DNA of 40,610 nucleotides from Verrucomicrobiota bacterium. GTDB taxonomy: Bacteria; Verrucomicrobiota; Verrucomicrobiia; Opitutales; Opitutaceae. The notes under the pieces are model-generated. The model was not told where the DNA came from. It did no database searches and worked only from the letters and a program-made list of their open reading frames with translations. Location of the stretch: assembly GCA_041179405.1 (NCBI GenBank), contig JBEGTN010000152.1, forward strand, positions 1-40,610, in the 5' to 3' direction. This document shows positions 37,701 to 40,610 of this stretch, piece after piece. The position numbers were made by a program, and so were the translations under genes. How positions within the stretch are numbered: the stretch's first letter is position 1; every line of letters begins with the position of its first letter.

Positions 37701-40019
37701 ATGCACCGCCATCTGTTCAAACCAAGGGCAAGTTTTCATCTCCTGGTTCTTTTTGTCGGTTTCGCTTCTAACCTTCTGTCCCAGTCCTTTGTTCATCCCG
37801 GCGGCCTGCATACCCAAGCCGATCTTGACCGGATGAAGGAGAAAGTAGCCGCTGGAGAACATCCGTGGATTGATGCTTGGGAACGGTTCATCGCCGACGG
37901 TAAGTCGCAGAATACCTACAAGGCTTCGCCGGGCGCGAACATGCCTAGTCGGCAGCGTGCGCAGGACGACGCGACCGCGATGTATTACAACACGCTGCGC
38001 TGGTATATCTCCGGCGATACGAGTTACGCGGACTGCGCGGTGCGTATCGCGAACGCCTGGTCCTCCACCGTGAATAAGCCGCCGGCCGGAGATTACCTTA
38101 CGGGTATTCCGGTTGGTAGCTTTGCCGTGGCCGGCGAGGTTTTACGGATCTATCCGGGCTGGAAAAAGAATGACTTCGAGCGGTTCAAAACGATGCTGGT
38201 CCGCCACTGGTATCCGAAGTGTAACGAGTTTCTGACCACTCACGGGGGCTCGCCCGACAGCCGCCATTGGGCCAATTGGGACGCCGCCAGCATGCTGGGT
38301 ATTTTGGCGACCGGCGTCTTGTGCGATGATCGTGAGAAATTTGACCAAGCGGTGGCCTATTTTAAAGCCGGCAAGGGCAGGGGAAGCATCATGAACGCGG
38401 TTCCCTTTGCTTATCCCGGCGGTCTCGGGCAGTGGCAGGAGAGCGGTCGCGACCAAGCGCATACCATGGGCGGGATGGGCTTGCTTTCAGAATTTTGTCA
38501 GGTGGCTTGGAATCAGGGACTGGATCTCTTCGGCTATGCAGACAATCGTCTGCTTGCGGGGGCCGAATATGCCGCCCAATACACGCTTTGGATCGGGGTT
38601 CCCTATACTTTTTATGACAATGCCGACCGGGCGCGGCAGTTCTATGTGTCCGAGAATTATCACGGACGTCTGGAAGCTTCACACTTCGAGTTGCTTTACA
38701 ATCACTACGTCGTGCGCCAAGGGCTGAAGGCGCCTAACGTAAAACGCTTCGCAGAGCTGCGCCGGCCCGAGCCTGGTGAGACTGATGTCTTCGGTCATGG
38801 CACGCTCACCTTTACCTTGGATTCGGCGGCGTCTCCGTTTCCGGCTTTCCGGCCAGCGCCAGCGCCAGCGCCCCTGGATCTCACGGCGACGGCGGGCATC
38901 GGCCGGGTGGAGTTGGCGTGGTCGCCGTCGGGCACTTATACCGCTCACGGTTACAGAGTGTCGCGCGCCACTTCCGAGGGCGGCCCCTACACGAGCATTT
39001 ATTCTACGACCAAGTGGACTACGCCTCGTTACACGGATACGAAAATTGTCGGTGGCACGATTTATTACTATGTCGTTTCGGCATTGAACCAAGCCGGTGC
39101 CAGTCCCGATTCCGTATCGGTAAGCGCGACTCCCGTGGTCGCGAGTGAGCTTCCTCGCGACTTTGCCGCCGTCGGGATCGGGACATTGAATCGAGCAGAG
39201 GGCATTGGTTATGCGGAAGCTGGCGAGCACTCGTTTGTCCTTCCCGCAAAAGGGACCGGAGTCGGGGGCGGGAAAGACGGCTGCCAATATGTTTATACCC
39301 AGGTGACCGGTGACTTTACGATCACCGCGCGGTTCCTTGAGCGATCAGGTCCGGTTTACCAAGCAGGTTTGATGATGCGTGAAGACAAGGCGGCCGAGGG
39401 GAAGATGCTGGCATTGACCTTGGGAGAAGCGGGCGAACGTCAGACGCGTTTTGTCACGCGAGCATTATCCAAGGGTGCGGTCTCCACCGAACGGGGCAAC
39501 GATTACACGTGGCTTCCCGTCTGGTTTAGGCTTCAGCGCGTTGGAGATGTTTTTACCGCATCGCAGTCCTCGGACGGAGCGACTTGGTTTATGGTCGGAA
39601 CCAGCACCGTTTCCATGGCGAAATCCTATTTGGTGGGTTTGATCGCGGCAGCGGGAAATAAAGCAGCGGGTAAAACCTCCTTGGTGACCTTTGATCATGT
39701 CGCCACCACACTGACGCCGCCTCCGATCCCTGAAGCGCCGTCTGCACTGATGGCCCAAGGAATAGAGCAAAACTCCATTAAACTCACCTGGAAGAATGGC
39801 CATGCCGAGCAGGCGGGGATCAAGGTCGAGCACTCAAGCGATCAAGTCCTTTATTACGAGATCGCCGACCTTCGCGGCGACGTGACTAGTTTCGTTAACA
39901 CTGGTTTGGTCGCGGGGACCGTTCATCACTATCGGATCCGAGCCTACACTAGTGGAGGTTATTCTGAGCGTTCCAACTCCGCCGACGCTGTCGTTCAGAT
40001 CGAAGCGACAGTGCGATAA
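37701..40019 (+). CDS. Alginate-lyase-family domain exoprotein with FN3 and ConA/DUF1349-like domains
   Basis: QSFVHPGGLHT..DL.RMK, WANWD and GQWQESGRDQAH, then FN3, YTQVTGDFT...WFRLQR.G and a terminal FN3. It lacks the RRFLRL C-terminal domain. Confidence 0.82.
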   Translation: MHRHLFKPRASFHLLVLFVGFASNLLSQSFVHPGGLHTQADLDRMKEKVAAGEHPWIDAWERFIADGKSQNTYKASPGANMPSRQRAQDDATAMYYNTLRWYISGDTSYADCAVRIANAWSSTVNKPPAGDYLTGIPVGSFAVAGEVLRIYPGWKKNDFERFKTMLVRHWYPKCNEFLTTHGGSPDSRHWANWDAASMLGILATGVLCDDREKFDQAVAYFKAGKGRGSIMNAVPFAYPGGLGQWQESGRDQAHTMGGMGLLSEFCQVAWNQGLDLFGYADNRLLAGAEYAAQYTLWIGVPYTFYDNADRARQFYVSENYHGRLEASHFELLYNHYVVRQGLKAPNVKRFAELRRPEPGETDVFGHGTLTFTLDSAASPFPAFRPAPAPAPLDLTATAGIGRVELAWSPSGTYTAHGYRVSRATSEGGPYTSIYSTTKWTTPRYTDTKIVGGTIYYYVVSALNQAGASPDSVSVSATPVVASELPRDFAAVGIGTLNRAEGIGYAEAGEHSFVLPAKGTGVGGGKDGCQYVYTQVTGDFTITARFLERSGPVYQAGLMMREDKAAEGKMLALTLGEAGERQTRFVTRALSKGAVSTERGNDYTWLPVWFRLQRVGDVFTASQSSDGATWFMVGTSTVSMAKSYLVGLIAAAGNKAAGKTSLVTFDHVATTLTPPPIPEAPSALMAQGIEQNSIKLTWKNGHAEQAGIKVEHSSDQVLYYEIADLRGDVTSFVNTGLVAGTVHHYRIRAYTSGGYSERSNSADAVVQIEATVR

Positions 40020-40170
40020 AATCCGGTAGCCGGATTCTGACGGCAATCTGACTCTCTTGTAGATCGTGTCCGACGTTCTATATCTATAACTGAGGAAAGC
40101 CCTTCAGTTTGAAGTGGGTTAGTAAAATACGAGCGAGGTCCGACTGTTTCTGCGATGCCGCTTTCATATC

Positions 40171-40184
40171 GCTAACATGGTAAC
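40171..40184 (+). promoter_or_regulatory. Operator-like 14-mer upstream of the final partial gene
   Basis: GCTAACATGGTAAC, the exact reverse complement of 6087-6100, with TTGCCG 12 nt downstream. Confidence 0.75.
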
Positions 40185-40344
40185 GCCTCGAACGTTTTGC
40201 CGAAGTTATACTGCGGAGCTTTTATCCCGAGTCTAACCCCGAATTCAATCCCCCACGGTTTCCCTGTTGGTGACGCGTTCTCATAGTTAATTAATTATTG
40301 AACAACATTTAATAGCATTCTGAGCCAGCCTCTATTATCCTTTT

Positions 40345-40610
40345 ATGCCCCCCCTGAAAAACACCCCCTCGACTCATGCCATCAAGTTAGCCCTTGCGAT
40401 GACCGCGCTCGCCATACCTTCCGGTCGTGCGGCGACTTATTACTGGGATACCAATTCCACCACCACCGGCTCCGGCGCGGCGACCGGCACGTGGGATAGC
40501 AGTGTATCGGCCTTGTGGTCCACTGATTCCACAGGTGCCTCCGCCACCAGTGCGGTGACCACCACGACCGCCGATGATTTGTTTTTCTCCGCCGGCACCA
40601 CGGGCACGAC
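40345..40610 (+). CDS. 5' part of a secreted protein resembling autotransporter-associated beta-strand repeat / PEP-CTERM-type exoproteins (partial)
   Basis: Open to the window edge: MPPLKNTPSTHAIKLALAMTALAIPSGRA|ATYYWDTNSTTTGSGAATGTWD...DDLFFSAGT. Not in the ORF track because it has no stop in the window. Confidence 0.75.
   Translation, partial: MPPLKNTPSTHAIKLALAMTALAIPSGRAATYYWDTNSTTTGSGAATGTWDSSVSALWSTDSTGASATSAVTTTTADDLFFSAGTTGT

Noticed and set aside
37427-37836. Small ORFs in the gap before the third lyase-like gene
   Set aside because: No recognisable features, non-ATG starts and mutual overlaps.
38853-38870. (CCAGCG)3 microrepeat
   Set aside because: It is in frame and encodes a PAPAPA linker.
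40020-40036. Short hairpin AATCCGG-TAG-CCGGATT after the last full gene
   Set aside because: The 3-nt loop and missing U tract make it too weak to call a terminator.
1-40610. CRISPR array, rRNA/tRNA, integrase or known defence system
   Set aside because: No regularly spaced repeats, RNA gene signatures or recognisable cas, integrase or defence motifs were seen. The repeats present are protein-domain duplications and dispersed operators.

Overview
This window looks like a PVC-superphylum genome, most likely Verrucomicrobia/Opitutae. That assignment is an inference from gene content: an Opitutae-type LacI, a pilin-like gene with a C-terminal FxDGHV motif, and large Ig/FN3 exoproteins. Bases ~1-1.9 kb are the end of a mobile-element-like cluster: a DUF932-type gene, two small translationally coupled ORFs, a structured leader and a terminator. 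Bases ~2.0-40.6 kb are one large glycan-utilisation locus with no SusC/SusD or TonB receptor in the window. Its enzymes and transport genes are two GH95, GH36, GH43_24-like, GH2, an SGNH+SASA acetylesterase fusion, a possible alpha/beta hydrolase, three alginate-lyase-family (alpha/alpha) proteins, a GPH/MFS sugar transporter and a D-2-hydroxyacid dehydrogenase. It also has a type IV prepilin-like gene next to a LacI regulator, several large secreted modular proteins, and a frameshifted ISL3 transposase remnant at ~8.5-8.7 kb. Four signals stand out. (1) A 14-bp imperfect palindrome (GYTAACAnGKTAAC-like) precedes nearly every transcription unit, oriented with the gene, and 7 of 8 strong copies have TKG (usually TKGC) exactly 12 nt downstream, which suggests an activator-type regulon. 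(2) A ~125-aa C-terminal domain (DPDGDG..NLLEYA.GT.P...RRFLRL..P) is shared by three exoproteins and is a candidate sorting signal. (3) One GH95 has Lys at a specificity-linked position. (4) Two of the lyase-like paralogues have an altered NKG motif. All calls come from reading motifs by eye; no database search was run.
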